Shown here: one piece after another, positions 16,590-25,896 of the stretch
Numbering within the stretch: the first letter of the stretch is position 1
Layout: every line of letters starts with the position of its first letter
NCBI GenBank assembly: GCA_965219325.1
Contig: OZ244723.1
Span: forward strand, 1,039,963 to 1,103,962
Direction of reading: 5' to 3'
Source of the DNA: Dehalococcoidia bacterium
GTDB lineage: Bacteria; Chloroflexota; Dehalococcoidia; Lucifugimonadales; UBA2962
Length of the DNA stretch: 64,000 nucleotides
The notes under the pieces: generated by a model
Told to the model about the DNA's origin: nothing
What the model saw: the letters and a program-made list of their open reading frames with translations, nothing else
Database searches by the model: none
Program-made: the position numbers and the translations under genes

Positions 16590-16982
16590 GTGGCTAGGCA
16601 GGTCTTTTCTCCCGACCCAACAGGTGGTCCCTCCGGGTACTCGCCTGCCGCCGGCGTGGGTGGAACGGTCTTTGTGTCCGGCCAGGTGGCACTGGACGGG
16701 GAGGGAAACCTGGTCGGTGAAGGAGACTGCGGCGCCCAGGCCGAGCAGTGCCTGCGAAACATCGGAGTGGCCCTTAAGGCAGCCGGCGCGGACTGGGACG
16801 ACGTGGTAAAGGTGACAACGTTTCTGGTGGATGCGTCGGACTATCAGGCCTATGCCGACGCCCGGCTAAGGATGTTTCCCTCAGGTGGACCAGCGTCCAG
16901 CACCGTGATCGTTGCGGCACTGGTAAGGCCGGAGTTCCTCATCGAGATAGAGGCGGTGGCCATCGTCGCCGATCGGAGCTAG
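16590..16982 (+). CDS. RidA (YjgF/L-PSP) family protein
   Basis: YSPA..VGGTVFVSGQVALD..GNLVG.GD...Q..Q.L.NI...L.AAGA....VVK.T.FL and IEIEA.A. Confidence 0.8.
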   Translation: MARQVFSPDPTGGPSGYSPAAGVGGTVFVSGQVALDGEGNLVGEGDCGAQAEQCLRNIGVALKAAGADWDDVVKVTTFLVDASDYQAYADARLRMFPSGGPASSTVIVAALVRPEFLIEIEAVAIVADRS

Positions 16983-16996
16983 GCCCAGCGCACGCG

Positions 16997-17347
16997 ATGT
17001 CCGGCGACGAGAGATGCATATTCTGCAAGATAGCGTGCGGCCGGTTGCCGGGCGAGTTCTTGCATCGTGATGAGAGCTGTTTTGTGATCCGGGACATCGC
17101 GCCGTCGGCCCGGGTGCACCTGCTGGTGATTCCCAACGACCACTTCACCCACCTGGACAACCTGACCGCAGAAGCGGAACCGATGGTGGGTCATCTGGCG
17201 GCGGTCGCCCACAGGGTCGCCGAGGCGGAGGGGGTCGCAGAGTCCGGCTATCGCCTGGTGGTAAACCAGAGGGACGACGCCGGGCAGGTGGTCGACCACC
17301 TGCACCTGCACGTTCTCGGCGGCGAGAAGCTTGGGAGCATGGTGTAG
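16997..17347 (+). CDS. HIT family nucleotide hydrolase/transferase
   Basis: CIFCKI..G..PGEF, P.A..H.LVIP, and the histidine triad VDHLHLHVLGG. Confidence 0.85.
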   Translation: MSGDERCIFCKIACGRLPGEFLHRDESCFVIRDIAPSARVHLLVIPNDHFTHLDNLTAEAEPMVGHLAAVAHRVAEAEGVAESGYRLVVNQRDDAGQVVDHLHLHVLGGEKLGSMV

Positions 17348-17919
17348 TGCCGTCCCTGACCGTGCTCGTTGCAAAGCAGTTCAACAACCTGCCGCGCTCG
17401 CTGCAGGTGCACATGAACCGAACGCGCATCCTGGCCTCGGAATTGGCAGGGCGACACGGGGTTCCCGTGGAGCCCAGCGACCTGGCCGCCTCCACGCATG
17501 ACCTGCTGAAGGCAGAGGCGGACCACGTCCTGGTGGAGATGGCGCAAAAATACGGCGTCGAGATGGGACCTCTCGAGAGGGAGAGGCCGATGCTCTTGCA
17601 CGGGCCGGTTGCCGCTGCCTGGATGGAGGTCGAGGGAGGCCTCAAGGATGAGAGGGTGGCCGATGCCGTCCGGTGGCATACCTACGGCTGGGAGGAGATG
17701 GATGGGGTCGGCAAGGTCGTGTTCGTCGCCGACAAGGTCGAACCCTGGAAGGTGGACGCGGACCCGGAGCTCGGGCCGATACGGGAGCTCGCCGACTCGG
17801 ACCTGGATGCGGCGATCGTAGCCATCCTGGAAAAGCGCGAGGCCGACTTCGCCGCCAAGGGCAGATCGCCACATCCCCTGAGCATCGCCCTGCTGGCAAG
17901 GCTCAGGGATAGCCGATGA
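17347..17919 (+). CDS. HD-domain phosphohydrolase, YqeK-like
   Basis: ...H..R......LA...G......AA.THDLLK...LLHGPVAA........D..V..AVRWHT.G......K.VF.ADK.EP. Its start overlaps the stop of the HIT gene. Confidence 0.65.
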   Translation: MPSLTVLVAKQFNNLPRSLQVHMNRTRILASELAGRHGVPVEPSDLAASTHDLLKAEADHVLVEMAQKYGVEMGPLERERPMLLHGPVAAAWMEVEGGLKDERVADAVRWHTYGWEEMDGVGKVVFVADKVEPWKVDADPELGPIRELADSDLDAAIVAILEKREADFAAKGRSPHPLSIALLARLRDSR

Positions 17920-18998
17920 GGGCCGCCCTGCTGCGCGGACCGCATGTGCCCGTCGAGATCGAGCAGGTCGACCTGGACGATCCGGGCCCCGGGGAGGTCC
18001 GGGTTGGCATGGTTGCCGCCGGCGTCTGCCGCAGCGACCTTCACAGGCTGAGCGGCCACACCGTCGTAAAGACGCTTCCGTTCATCCTGGGCCACGAGGG
18101 TGCGGGCATCGTAGAGCAGGTGGGAGAGGGCGTGGGCTCGGTGTCCCCGGGGGACCACGTGGTGATGTCCCTGACGGCCCAGTGCGGCCGCTGCCGCAAC
18201 TGCACGGCCGGCAGGCCAAACCTCTGCGAATGGCACGCCCTGGGCACCGGGCGCATGCCGGATGGCACGCGCCGCTTCAGCCAGGACGGAGAGCCTGTTT
18301 TCGCAGACCTGGCCGCGTTTTCGGAGGGGACCGTGGTAGCCGAGAGCTACCTGGTCAAGATTAGAGACGACGTCCCGCTCGAAAAGGCGTGCCTTGTTGG
18401 CTGCGGGGTAATGACCGGAATAGGCGCCGTCGTCAACAGGGCAAGGGTGGAGCCCGGTGCGACAACGGTCGTGATCGGATGCGGAGGCGTCGGACTCAAT
18501 GTTGTCCAGGGCTGCTCGATTGCGTCGGCGTCCAAGATCATCGCCGTGGACAACGTCGAGACCAAGCTAGAGCTTGCAGAGTCGGTGGGAGCGACCCACC
18601 TGGTCAATTCGGCAAGGGTTGATGCCCCTACCGAGATCGATCGCCTTACCGGCGGCGGCGCTGACTACTCTTTCGAGGTCGTCGGCATCGCAGAGACGCT
18701 GAGGCTGGCGTTCTCGGCGATAAGGCCGGGAGGCACCGCCGTCATGGTGGGCCTGCCCGCTCAGGAGGCCGAGATCTCGGTGCCCGGCCGCGCTCTCTTT
18801 TTCGATCGGACGCTCATGGGCACCTTCTACGGAGCCGCTCGTCCTCGCCAGGACTTTGAATGGATCCTGGACATGTACATGGACGGCCGCCTGAAACTGG
18901 ACGAGCTGGCGACCAGGGTGCGCCCGCTCGAAGAGCTCAATGAGGCCTTCGAGGACATGGAGTTGGGCCGCGCCGCCCGCACCGTCCTGACCTTCTGA
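17916..18998 (+). CDS. Zn-dependent alcohol dehydrogenase (class III/mycothiol-dependent-like MDR)
   Basis: GVCRSDLH, GHEGAGIVEQVGEGV, C..C..C, and the Rossmann fold VIGCGGVGLN. Confidence 0.85.
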   Translation: MRAALLRGPHVPVEIEQVDLDDPGPGEVRVGMVAAGVCRSDLHRLSGHTVVKTLPFILGHEGAGIVEQVGEGVGSVSPGDHVVMSLTAQCGRCRNCTAGRPNLCEWHALGTGRMPDGTRRFSQDGEPVFADLAAFSEGTVVAESYLVKIRDDVPLEKACLVGCGVMTGIGAVVNRARVEPGATTVVIGCGGVGLNVVQGCSIASASKIIAVDNVETKLELAESVGATHLVNSARVDAPTEIDRLTGGGADYSFEVVGIAETLRLAFSAIRPGGTAVMVGLPAQEAEISVPGRALFFDRTLMGTFYGAARPRQDFEWILDMYMDGRLKLDELATRVRPLEELNEAFEDMELGRAARTVLTF

Positions 18999-19041
18999 CC
19001 GGCCGGGACCGGACCAGTCGTGCCCGCTCTGACGAAGGAGA

Positions 19042-20097
19042 TCAGCCGTCGGGCCGGACCAGCGAGCCCAGCTCTGCGGCTAGGTTGAACAGCAGGGGCA
19101 GGCCCCCCGTGTGGAAGAACACCGAGATGTCGCCCGGCCCGGTGCGGCCCCGCCGAACGTCGTCTATCAGGGCGGCGAAGCCCTTTGCTGTGTACACAGG
19201 GTCCAGCAGCATCCCGTCGGTCCGCGCGGCGATCTCGATCGCCTCCAGACCAGGCTGAGACGGCACGCCGTAACCCTCTCCAACGTAGTCGTCACGATTG
19301 TCGATGTCCTCGGCGCTCACCGAGATGTCGAGTCCCATGAAGGCGGCCGCCCTGTTCACTCCATCGGCTACGACGTGCGCGGCACCGCCGTCTACGTAAT
19401 CGACGGCCGAGCCCACCACGCGTGCGGGAAGGCCGAGCGCCCTCACGGCCAGCTCCAGTCCGGGCTGCCCCTTGCCGGTAGAGGTTATGTACAGGGACAG
19501 ACGACCCAAGTCGACACCGCGCTCATCCAGTTGGCCGAGCAGCTCGAGCGTAGCGTCCACGTAGGCCACGGCCGACGTGATCGGAAACAGAGGGCTGTCG
19601 CTTATCACCCAGGGTCTTTTGCCCTCGGCCCTGAGCTCTGCCACGATCCCGTCGATCGCCGCACGCTGGCCAGCAGCGTCGCCGCCGAACACCACCCTTG
19701 CCCCGAGCACGTAGTTGACCAGCAGATTCCCCGTGATCACGTCCGGACGCTGGCCCCTCAGCACCAGCACCGTCTCCAGGCCGTGCCGGTTGGCGGCGGC
19801 GGCCGTCTGGCGGGCTGAATTTGACAGGACATCCAGCCCCATGATGACGGTGTCCGCACCCTTCCCGAGAGCTTCGGCCATGCGGAACTCAAGGTTGCGC
19901 ACCTTGTTGCCGCCGAGTGCCAGCCCCGTCAGGTCGTCGCGCTTCACCAGGACGGTCGGCCCCCCGAGCCTCTCTGCAAGGCGCGGCATGTCCTCCAGCG
20001 GCGTCGGCAAGAGGGCGAGGGGAACCCTGGGGACCCGGTCGATGCGGTCCCGTAGCTGCCGCCGGGATAGCGGGGGAGTGGTCAGACTCGCGGACAT
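19042..20097 (-). CDS. PLP-dependent ACC deaminase / D-cysteine desulfhydrase family protein
   Basis: ORF track 19042..20250 trimmed to ATG 20097. LPTPLE....L...LGGP.VLVKRDDLTGLALGGNKVRNLEF carries the PLP lysine motif. Confidence 0.8.
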   Translation of the reverse strand: MSASLTTPPLSRRQLRDRIDRVPRVPLALLPTPLEDMPRLAERLGGPTVLVKRDDLTGLALGGNKVRNLEFRMAEALGKGADTVIMGLDVLSNSARQTAAAANRHGLETVLVLRGQRPDVITGNLLVNYVLGARVVFGGDAAGQRAAIDGIVAELRAEGKRPWVISDSPLFPITSAVAYVDATLELLGQLDERGVDLGRLSLYITSTGKGQPGLELAVRALGLPARVVGSAVDYVDGGAAHVVADGVNRAAAFMGLDISVSAEDIDNRDDYVGEGYGVPSQPGLEAIEIAARTDGMLLDPVYTAKGFAALIDDVRRGRTGPGDISVFFHTGGLPLLFNLAAELGSLVRPDG

Positions 20098-20192
20098 GTC
20101 AGGCTCCGAATGCGGTAAGGGGCCCGAGGACGGCGATTCGGGAGGTCCATCGCGATCCGGATCAGGTGGACCCGGGACTTGCCGTTGGCCGA

Positions 20193-20729
20193 TCAGCTGG
20201 TTTCGGGGATGCCCAGCTGGGCGGCCAGGCGCCTTCGCTGGCGCTCGCAATCCCGCAGCGCAGTCTTGAGGCGCTCCTCTTCGGTGACATCCATGTAGTA
20301 TCCGATGGCGGCTCGCCGGCTGCCGTAGTAGAAGAAGGTAATCCCTCCGACGATCCAGCGAATATCACCGCTGCGCGTTCGGATCCTGAACTTGTAAGGG
20401 ACCTTGCGTCGTCCGCGCAGCATGTCCCTTGCCGCCTTGCTGACCTTGTCACGGTCCCCGTGAACCACCAGGAACAGCGGGCTCTTGCCGATCAGTTCAC
20501 CGTGTGGATAGCCGGTGCTCTGCTGAAAGTACAGGTTGGTCAGGCTGAACACGCCGTCTTCGACCACGTACACGCCGACGGGTGAATTGGAGAACATCGA
20601 CAGGAACATCTGCGAGGCGAGGGAGTCGAAGTCGGAGTAGTCGCGACGCAGCCGGTCCAGATCCGGCGGCGCCTGACGCCCCGAGTTGCCCCGGACTGCG
20701 GTCCTATCCACTCTGTCTGCTTCTTCCAT
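20193..20729 (-). CDS. stand-alone PAS domain protein
   Basis: ...MFSNSPVGVYVVEDGVFSLTNLYFQQSTGYPHGELIGKSPL..VH..D............YKFRIRTRSGDIRWI....F. No output domain is present. Confidence 0.55.
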   Translation of the reverse strand: MEEADRVDRTAVRGNSGRQAPPDLDRLRRDYSDFDSLASQMFLSMFSNSPVGVYVVEDGVFSLTNLYFQQSTGYPHGELIGKSPLFLVVHGDRDKVSKAARDMLRGRRKVPYKFRIRTRSGDIRWIVGGITFFYYGSRRAAIGYYMDVTEEERLKTALRDCERQRRRLAAQLGIPETS

Positions 20730-20872
20730 AGCCCTGATGCCGGCGGATTGGCCGGGGTCTCCCCTCCGTAGGGGCCGGCGACCTCTAAAGCGGCCCCAAT
20801 TCCGTCCCTCGCTGCCTAGCCCACCATCCCCGGGTGGATCGTATGCCAGTGTGCGAATATTATCACCCCGAC

Positions 20873-21691
20873 ATGGCCACCCTGCACATCGTCGCCACTC
20901 CGATAGGCAACCTAGGGGACTTGTCGGCCCGGGCGCTGGAGGTCCTGGCTTCGGTTGATCTCATAGCGGCCGAGGACACCCGGGTAACCCGGCGCCTGCT
21001 GAGCCGCTACGGTATCTCCACGCGGCTTACCAGCTACCACGAGCACAGCCCCGCCTCCAAACTCGACAGCCTCCTGGCATCGCTGGCGGAAGGGGACGTT
21101 GCGGTTGTGTGCGACGCCGGCACGCCCGGCATCAGCGACGCCGGGCGCGATCTGGTGCGTGCCGCGGCGGCGGCCGGAGCTGGCGTGGTCGCCGTGCCCG
21201 GCCCCTCCGCAGTCACGTCCGCGGTGTCAATATCCGGTCTGGCGATCGGGGGGTTCGTATTTCTGGGCTTTTTGCCCAGGGCGCGGGGAGAGCGCCGGGC
21301 ACTGCTGGCCGACAGGGCGGAAGAGAGGCTCGCACTGGTCATGTTCGAAGCCGCGAGGCGCCTGCGCTCGTCGCTGGCCGACATGCTGGATGTGCTGGGC
21401 GATCGGCAGATCGCCGTATGCAGGGAGATTACCAAGGTCCACGAGGAGGTGTTTCGCGGGCCAATCTCGGAGGCGCTGGATCACTTTACGCAGCCCAGGG
21501 GCGAGCTGACGCTGGTGGTGGAGGGGGCCCGGGGCCGCCTCCCGGACCCCGGGGCGCTCGAGGAGGAGGCGGCACGAATGCTCGCGCGGCTGCGATCCGG
21601 GGGCGCCAGCGGTCGGGACGCCGTCTCCGAGGTCACCCGCGCCACCGGGCTTGCCAAGCGCCGCGTGTACGAGCTTTGGCGGGGCGGATGA
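20873..21691 (+). CDS. rsmI: 16S rRNA (cytidine1402-2'-O)-methyltransferase
   Basis: ORF track 20834 trimmed to ATG 20873. LHIVATPIGNLGDLS.RAL..L..VDLIAAEDTR....LL, DAGTPGISDPG-like DAGTPGISDAG, and E.TK.HEE. Confidence 0.85.
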   Translation: MATLHIVATPIGNLGDLSARALEVLASVDLIAAEDTRVTRRLLSRYGISTRLTSYHEHSPASKLDSLLASLAEGDVAVVCDAGTPGISDAGRDLVRAAAAAGAGVVAVPGPSAVTSAVSISGLAIGGFVFLGFLPRARGERRALLADRAEERLALVMFEAARRLRSSLADMLDVLGDRQIAVCREITKVHEEVFRGPISEALDHFTQPRGELTLVVEGARGRLPDPGALEEEAARMLARLRSGGASGRDAVSEVTRATGLAKRRVYELWRGG

Positions 21692-21755
21692 TACCATTCG
21701 AATGTGAGTGGGCTTTGGGCCGCCTTGCGGGCCGCGGAGTCGCTCTGATCCTCTG

Positions 21756-23459
21756 ATGCCCACGGACGCACCCGAAAAGATTCTCGTAGCCGTCGCCTGG
21801 CCATACGCTAACGGCTCCATCCATGTCGGACACATCGCTGGCACCTATCTGCCGGCCGACATCTTCGCCCGCTATCACCGCAAGAAGGGCAATGACGTGC
21901 TCATGGTGTCGGGGAGCGACGCCCATGGAACGCCAGTCACGCTCGAGGCGGAAAGACGGGGGATCGATCCGGAACAGATAGTCGGCGGGTACCAGGCCGA
22001 GTTCCTGGACAACTGGGAGCGGCTGGGCATCTCCTTCGACCTGTTCACCACGACCCACACCGACAACCACACCGCCGTCTCCCAGGACATCTTCCAGACG
22101 CTCAGGCGAAACGGTTACCTGTACGAGGAGTCGATGCTGCTCCCCTACAGCGAGCTAGACAAACGTTTCCTGGCCGATCGCTACGTGGAAGGAACCTGCC
22201 CCCACTGTGGCTACGAGAAGGCGAGGGGAGACCAGTGCGAGGACTGCGGTCGCACCCTGGATCCCAAGGACCTGATCGACATCAGGAGCCGGGTAAGCGG
22301 AGACGCCCCGGTCTTCCGGGAGACCAGGCACTACTTCTTCAGGCTCTCGGCCTTCCAGAGGCGGCTGGAGGAATGGGTCGAGGAGGGCAAGGAGCACTGG
22401 AGGCCGAACGTCCTGAACTTTACGAAGGGCTTCCTTAAGGGCGGTCTAAAGGATCGGCCCATCACCCGCGACATCGAATGGGGAGTGCCCCTGCCGACCA
22501 ACTCGATGGGAGGTGATTCGCCGGATGCGGGCAGACGGCTCTACGTGTGGTTCGAGGCGGTGATCGGATACCTTTCGGCCTCCAAGGAGTGGGCCCAACT
22601 GAGGGGAGAGCCGGATGCCTGGAACCGCTTTTGGACCGGCGACGCCCACGCATATCACTTCATGGGCAAGGACAACATCACTTTTCACACCATACTGTGG
22701 CCGGCCATGCTGATGGGATACGGCGGCCTGAACCTTCCCCATGACGTCCCGGCGAACGAGTACCTGAACATGGAGGGCTTTAAGCTGTCGACCAGCGGCA
22801 ACTGGGCCGTATGGCTTCCCGACTACCTGGACCGCTACGAGCCCGACCCGCTCAGGTACGTCTTGGCCGCCAACATGCCTGAGGCATCGGACTCGGATTT
22901 TTCCTGGCGCGAATACGTGCGCGCCAACAACGACGAACTGGTGGCCACCTGGGGCAATCTGGTCCACCGCGTGCTGAGCATGACTCACCGCAACTTCGGT
23001 GCGGTTCCGGAGCATTGCGCCGACCGGCAGGACGCGGAAGGAGAGGAACTGCTCAAGGCAGCGAGGACCCTGCCGGGAGAGGTTGGCGCGGACATCGGAG
23101 CGGCACGTTTCCGACGGGGCCTGGAGCGTTCGATGGGCCTTGCGAAGATGGCCAACCGATACATAGAGAACCGCCGGCCCTGGAGCGCCGTAAAGACCGA
23201 TCGCGATCACGCGGCGGCAACCCTATGGACGGCGGTCTCGGTGATCAATTGCCTCAAGACCACCATCTACCCGTACCTGCCGTTCAGCTCGCAGAGGCTT
23301 CATGAGATGCTCGGATTCGTGGACCGGGTCGATGGTCGGACCTGGAGCTGGGACGAGGAGGAAATCCAGCCCGGATCGCCAATCGCCGCCCCTCAGCCCC
23401 TTTTTGCCAAGCTCGACGAGGCACTCGTCGAGAGCGAGGCGGCCAAGCTTGGCGTCTGA
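21756..23459 (+). CDS. metG: methionine--tRNA ligase
   Basis: ORF track 21708 trimmed to ATG 21756. WPYANGSIHVGH, the Zn knuckle CPHCG...CE.CG, and the KMSKS-like KLSTSGN. Confidence 0.9.
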   Translation: MPTDAPEKILVAVAWPYANGSIHVGHIAGTYLPADIFARYHRKKGNDVLMVSGSDAHGTPVTLEAERRGIDPEQIVGGYQAEFLDNWERLGISFDLFTTTHTDNHTAVSQDIFQTLRRNGYLYEESMLLPYSELDKRFLADRYVEGTCPHCGYEKARGDQCEDCGRTLDPKDLIDIRSRVSGDAPVFRETRHYFFRLSAFQRRLEEWVEEGKEHWRPNVLNFTKGFLKGGLKDRPITRDIEWGVPLPTNSMGGDSPDAGRRLYVWFEAVIGYLSASKEWAQLRGEPDAWNRFWTGDAHAYHFMGKDNITFHTILWPAMLMGYGGLNLPHDVPANEYLNMEGFKLSTSGNWAVWLPDYLDRYEPDPLRYVLAANMPEASDSDFSWREYVRANNDELVATWGNLVHRVLSMTHRNFGAVPEHCADRQDAEGEELLKAARTLPGEVGADIGAARFRRGLERSMGLAKMANRYIENRRPWSAVKTDRDHAAATLWTAVSVINCLKTTIYPYLPFSSQRLHEMLGFVDRVDGRTWSWDEEEIQPGSPIAAPQPLFAKLDEALVESEAAKLGV

Positions 23460-24444
23460 CCGACTGGCAGTCTCCACTCCCGACCTGGACGAGATCTACG
23501 CGCCGATATCCGGCAGCCTCGCCCGGGTCGAGGACAAGCTGGCCCGGGTGGGGGATGGCAGGTACCTGTACCTGGCTGAGCCGCTGGACCACGTCCTTCA
23601 GTCCTTCGGAAAGATGCTGCGCCCGGCCGTTACCCTGATGTCGTCACGTTTCCATCCCAACGACGGCCGAAAGGTCGAACTTATGGCGGGTGCGGTGGAG
23701 CTCCTTCACGTGGCCACCCTGATTCACGACGACACCGTTGACGAGTCGGATCTCCGCAGGGGCAGGGCGACCGTAGCCAGCCTGTGGGGCCGCAACGCCG
23801 CGGTGGTCGTGGGCGACTACATCTTCGCCGCCTCCGCCAGCTTCGTGTGCGATACGGAGAACGTGAGGGTCATCCGCCGATTTGCCGAGACCATCATGGA
23901 GCTTTCTAAGGGCCAGCTGCATGAGATGGCCAATGCATTCGATCCCGGGCAGGACATGAAGGGGTACACCGACCGCATATACAGCAAGACGGCTTCGCTG
24001 TTCGCGACGGCGGCGGAGTCGGGAGCGGTGCTCAGCGGGGCGGGCGAGGAGACGGTTCAGGCGCTGCGGAGCTACGGGTGCAACCTGGGAATGGCCTTCC
24101 AGGTGGTCGACGACATACTCGATGTTCGAGGCAGCACCGAGGATGTGGGCAAGCCTGTCGGCAATGACCTGCTGAACGGCGTCGTTACCCTGCCCGTGTT
24201 CGCATATGCAAAGAGCCATCCCGAAGACGGGTCGGTCGCCGAGTTCTTCGCCAATCCACAGGACCGGGCTCCTGCCGAGCGCGTGCTGCGCGCCGCCAGG
24301 GCGCCGGAGGTGATCGATGAGGCCTACGCCTTCGCAAAGGAAATGTGCGACCGGGCCCGGAACAGTCTGGCTGCACTGCCGGATACCGGCGAGCGGCGCT
24401 CTCTGCTAGACCTCGTCGATTATGTGATGGCCCGCGACAGGTAG
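23449..24444 (+). CDS. polyprenyl diphosphate synthase (trans-IPPS, long-chain type)
   Basis: GKMLRP, LIHDDTVDESDLRRG (first DDxxD) and FQVVDDILD (second). The start is uncertain. TTG 23449, with GAGG upstream, is the only start-like codon just upstream of the conserved N-terminal helix that avoids a long overlap with metG. Confidence 0.8.
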   Translation: MASDRLAVSTPDLDEIYAPISGSLARVEDKLARVGDGRYLYLAEPLDHVLQSFGKMLRPAVTLMSSRFHPNDGRKVELMAGAVELLHVATLIHDDTVDESDLRRGRATVASLWGRNAAVVVGDYIFAASASFVCDTENVRVIRRFAETIMELSKGQLHEMANAFDPGQDMKGYTDRIYSKTASLFATAAESGAVLSGAGEETVQALRSYGCNLGMAFQVVDDILDVRGSTEDVGKPVGNDLLNGVVTLPVFAYAKSHPEDGSVAEFFANPQDRAPAERVLRAARAPEVIDEAYAFAKEMCDRARNSLAALPDTGERRSLLDLVDYVMARDR

Positions 24445-24460
24445 GACCCGCCCACGTTTC

Positions 24461-24781
24461 CTACCGGATGACCGACATGGGCGTGGCGTTCAGACGAGAG
24501 ATGACCGAGCGCTCGCGGTCGAGCATCTCGGTGACCCTCGGCAGCATCTCGTTTTCCCACCTCTCGCTTTCGTATATCGCCTTGTAGAGCCGCTCGCGCT
24601 CGCTCTCCGACTCGAATCGACGTATCCACACATAGTGGTCGGGATCCTCCTCGTCTACGAAGGATGCGACCACCACCACCCCCCTTGAGATCTGAAACGG
24701 GATCACCGTTTCATCCATGTAGCGAGCCCACTGTTCGCGCTTGCCGGGCCTGCACCAGTACTGCCTCAACTCAAATAGCAT
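24461..24781 (-). CDS. NIPSNAP family protein
   Basis: MLFELRQYWCRPGKREQWARYM.E..IPF....G and ...W.RRFESE.ERERLY..IY. Confidence 0.6.
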   Translation of the reverse strand: MLFELRQYWCRPGKREQWARYMDETVIPFQISRGVVVVASFVDEEDPDHYVWIRRFESESERERLYKAIYESERWENEMLPRVTEMLDRERSVISRLNATPMSVIR

Positions 24782-24837
24782 GTCGTTCTCCTGTACTCAT
24801 CTATCCTGTCCTCGTTGCCACCGCCGGTACCCTCTCG

Positions 24838-25893
24838 TCAGCCAGCGTAGAACAGTCCGACGCTCGCACCGACGTACATTGCGATGAGCAGCGCCGCCTC
24901 CGGCTTCGCCCACCGGCCCCCCGTCCGGCCCGGCCGGCGGGATCGGTAAACGAGCGCCGCCGCGACAACCGCGGTCATGGCTATCGCAATAAATCCGGTA
25001 ATGGCATGGGAGCGGGAGATGGCGGCCCATATGTTACCGCCGGTTACGGCCAGTTCATCCGCCGACAGTATGAAGCCCATGTTGAACAGGTTCGATCCGA
25101 GAAGGTTGCCCACCGCAAGCGCGGGTGATCCTATGCGCAGCGCGGCCAGCGATGTGGCCACCTCAGGAAGCGAGGTGCTGATGGCCAGGAACTGCGTGCC
25201 GACGAACGACTCCTCCCAGCCCAGGTTGTCGGCCAGCCGGTCGCCCACGTAGGAGAGCCAGACGGAACTTGCGATGACCACGAGGGCCGAGGCCAAGTAG
25301 ATGCCGACCGCGCCCCGGAGCCCGGGGGGCTCCTCCTCGACGTCCTCCCCGTTCTGGCCGGACTGGAGGCCCGGCTCACACACGATCGACTCGGAATCCG
25401 ACGCCCGGCTCTCAAGCCTGTAGACGGCGATCGTGGAGAGCGCGAAGAAGGCGAACAGCACGGCGGTAAGGGGGCTGATGTACCAGCCCGCCATCGCGCC
25501 CGTTGAGTGGTGCACCAGGGTCGCTACCGAGGCGATCAGGATTACCGCCGCGCCGACGCCGGCCACGACCAGCGACGTCCTCGGCACATGGCTCAGCAGA
25601 GGGCCGTTTCGCCACACCAGGTCGGCGATGCCTATGATGAGAATGTTGACGAGGTTGCTGCCGAAGGCCGCCCCGGCCGCAAGGTCCGGAGAGTCCTGGA
25701 GCCTTATCGCGCTGACGCCAGTCCCCAGCTCTGGCAGAGACGTGGCGGTGGCGAGCAGGACCATCCCGACGAAGGTGTGGCCCAGACCCGTCCTCCTCGC
25801 GATGATGTCCGAGGACCGGGTCAGATACCTGGCACTGCCCAGGATCAGGATGGCCGAGGCAAGCAACTGCAGCCACAGTAGGGCGGCCTGCAA
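24838..25893 (-). CDS. Ca2+/cation antiporter (CaCA, YrbG-like) membrane protein
   Basis: Two alpha-repeat motifs (GMVLLATATSLPEL..G and GTQFLAISTSLPEVATS) plus GSNLVNI/GSNLFNM. The protein is multi-TM. Confidence 0.8.
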   Translation of the reverse strand: MQAALLWLQLLASAILILGSARYLTRSSDIIARRTGLGHTFVGMVLLATATSLPELGTGVSAIRLQDSPDLAAGAAFGSNLVNILIIGIADLVWRNGPLLSHVPRTSLVVAGVGAAVILIASVATLVHHSTGAMAGWYISPLTAVLFAFFALSTIAVYRLESRASDSESIVCEPGLQSGQNGEDVEEEPPGLRGAVGIYLASALVVIASSVWLSYVGDRLADNLGWEESFVGTQFLAISTSLPEVATSLAALRIGSPALAVGNLLGSNLFNMGFILSADELAVTGGNIWAAISRSHAITGFIAIAMTAVVAAALVYRSRRPGRTGGRWAKPEAALLIAMYVGASVGLFYAG

Positions 25894-25896
25894 CGT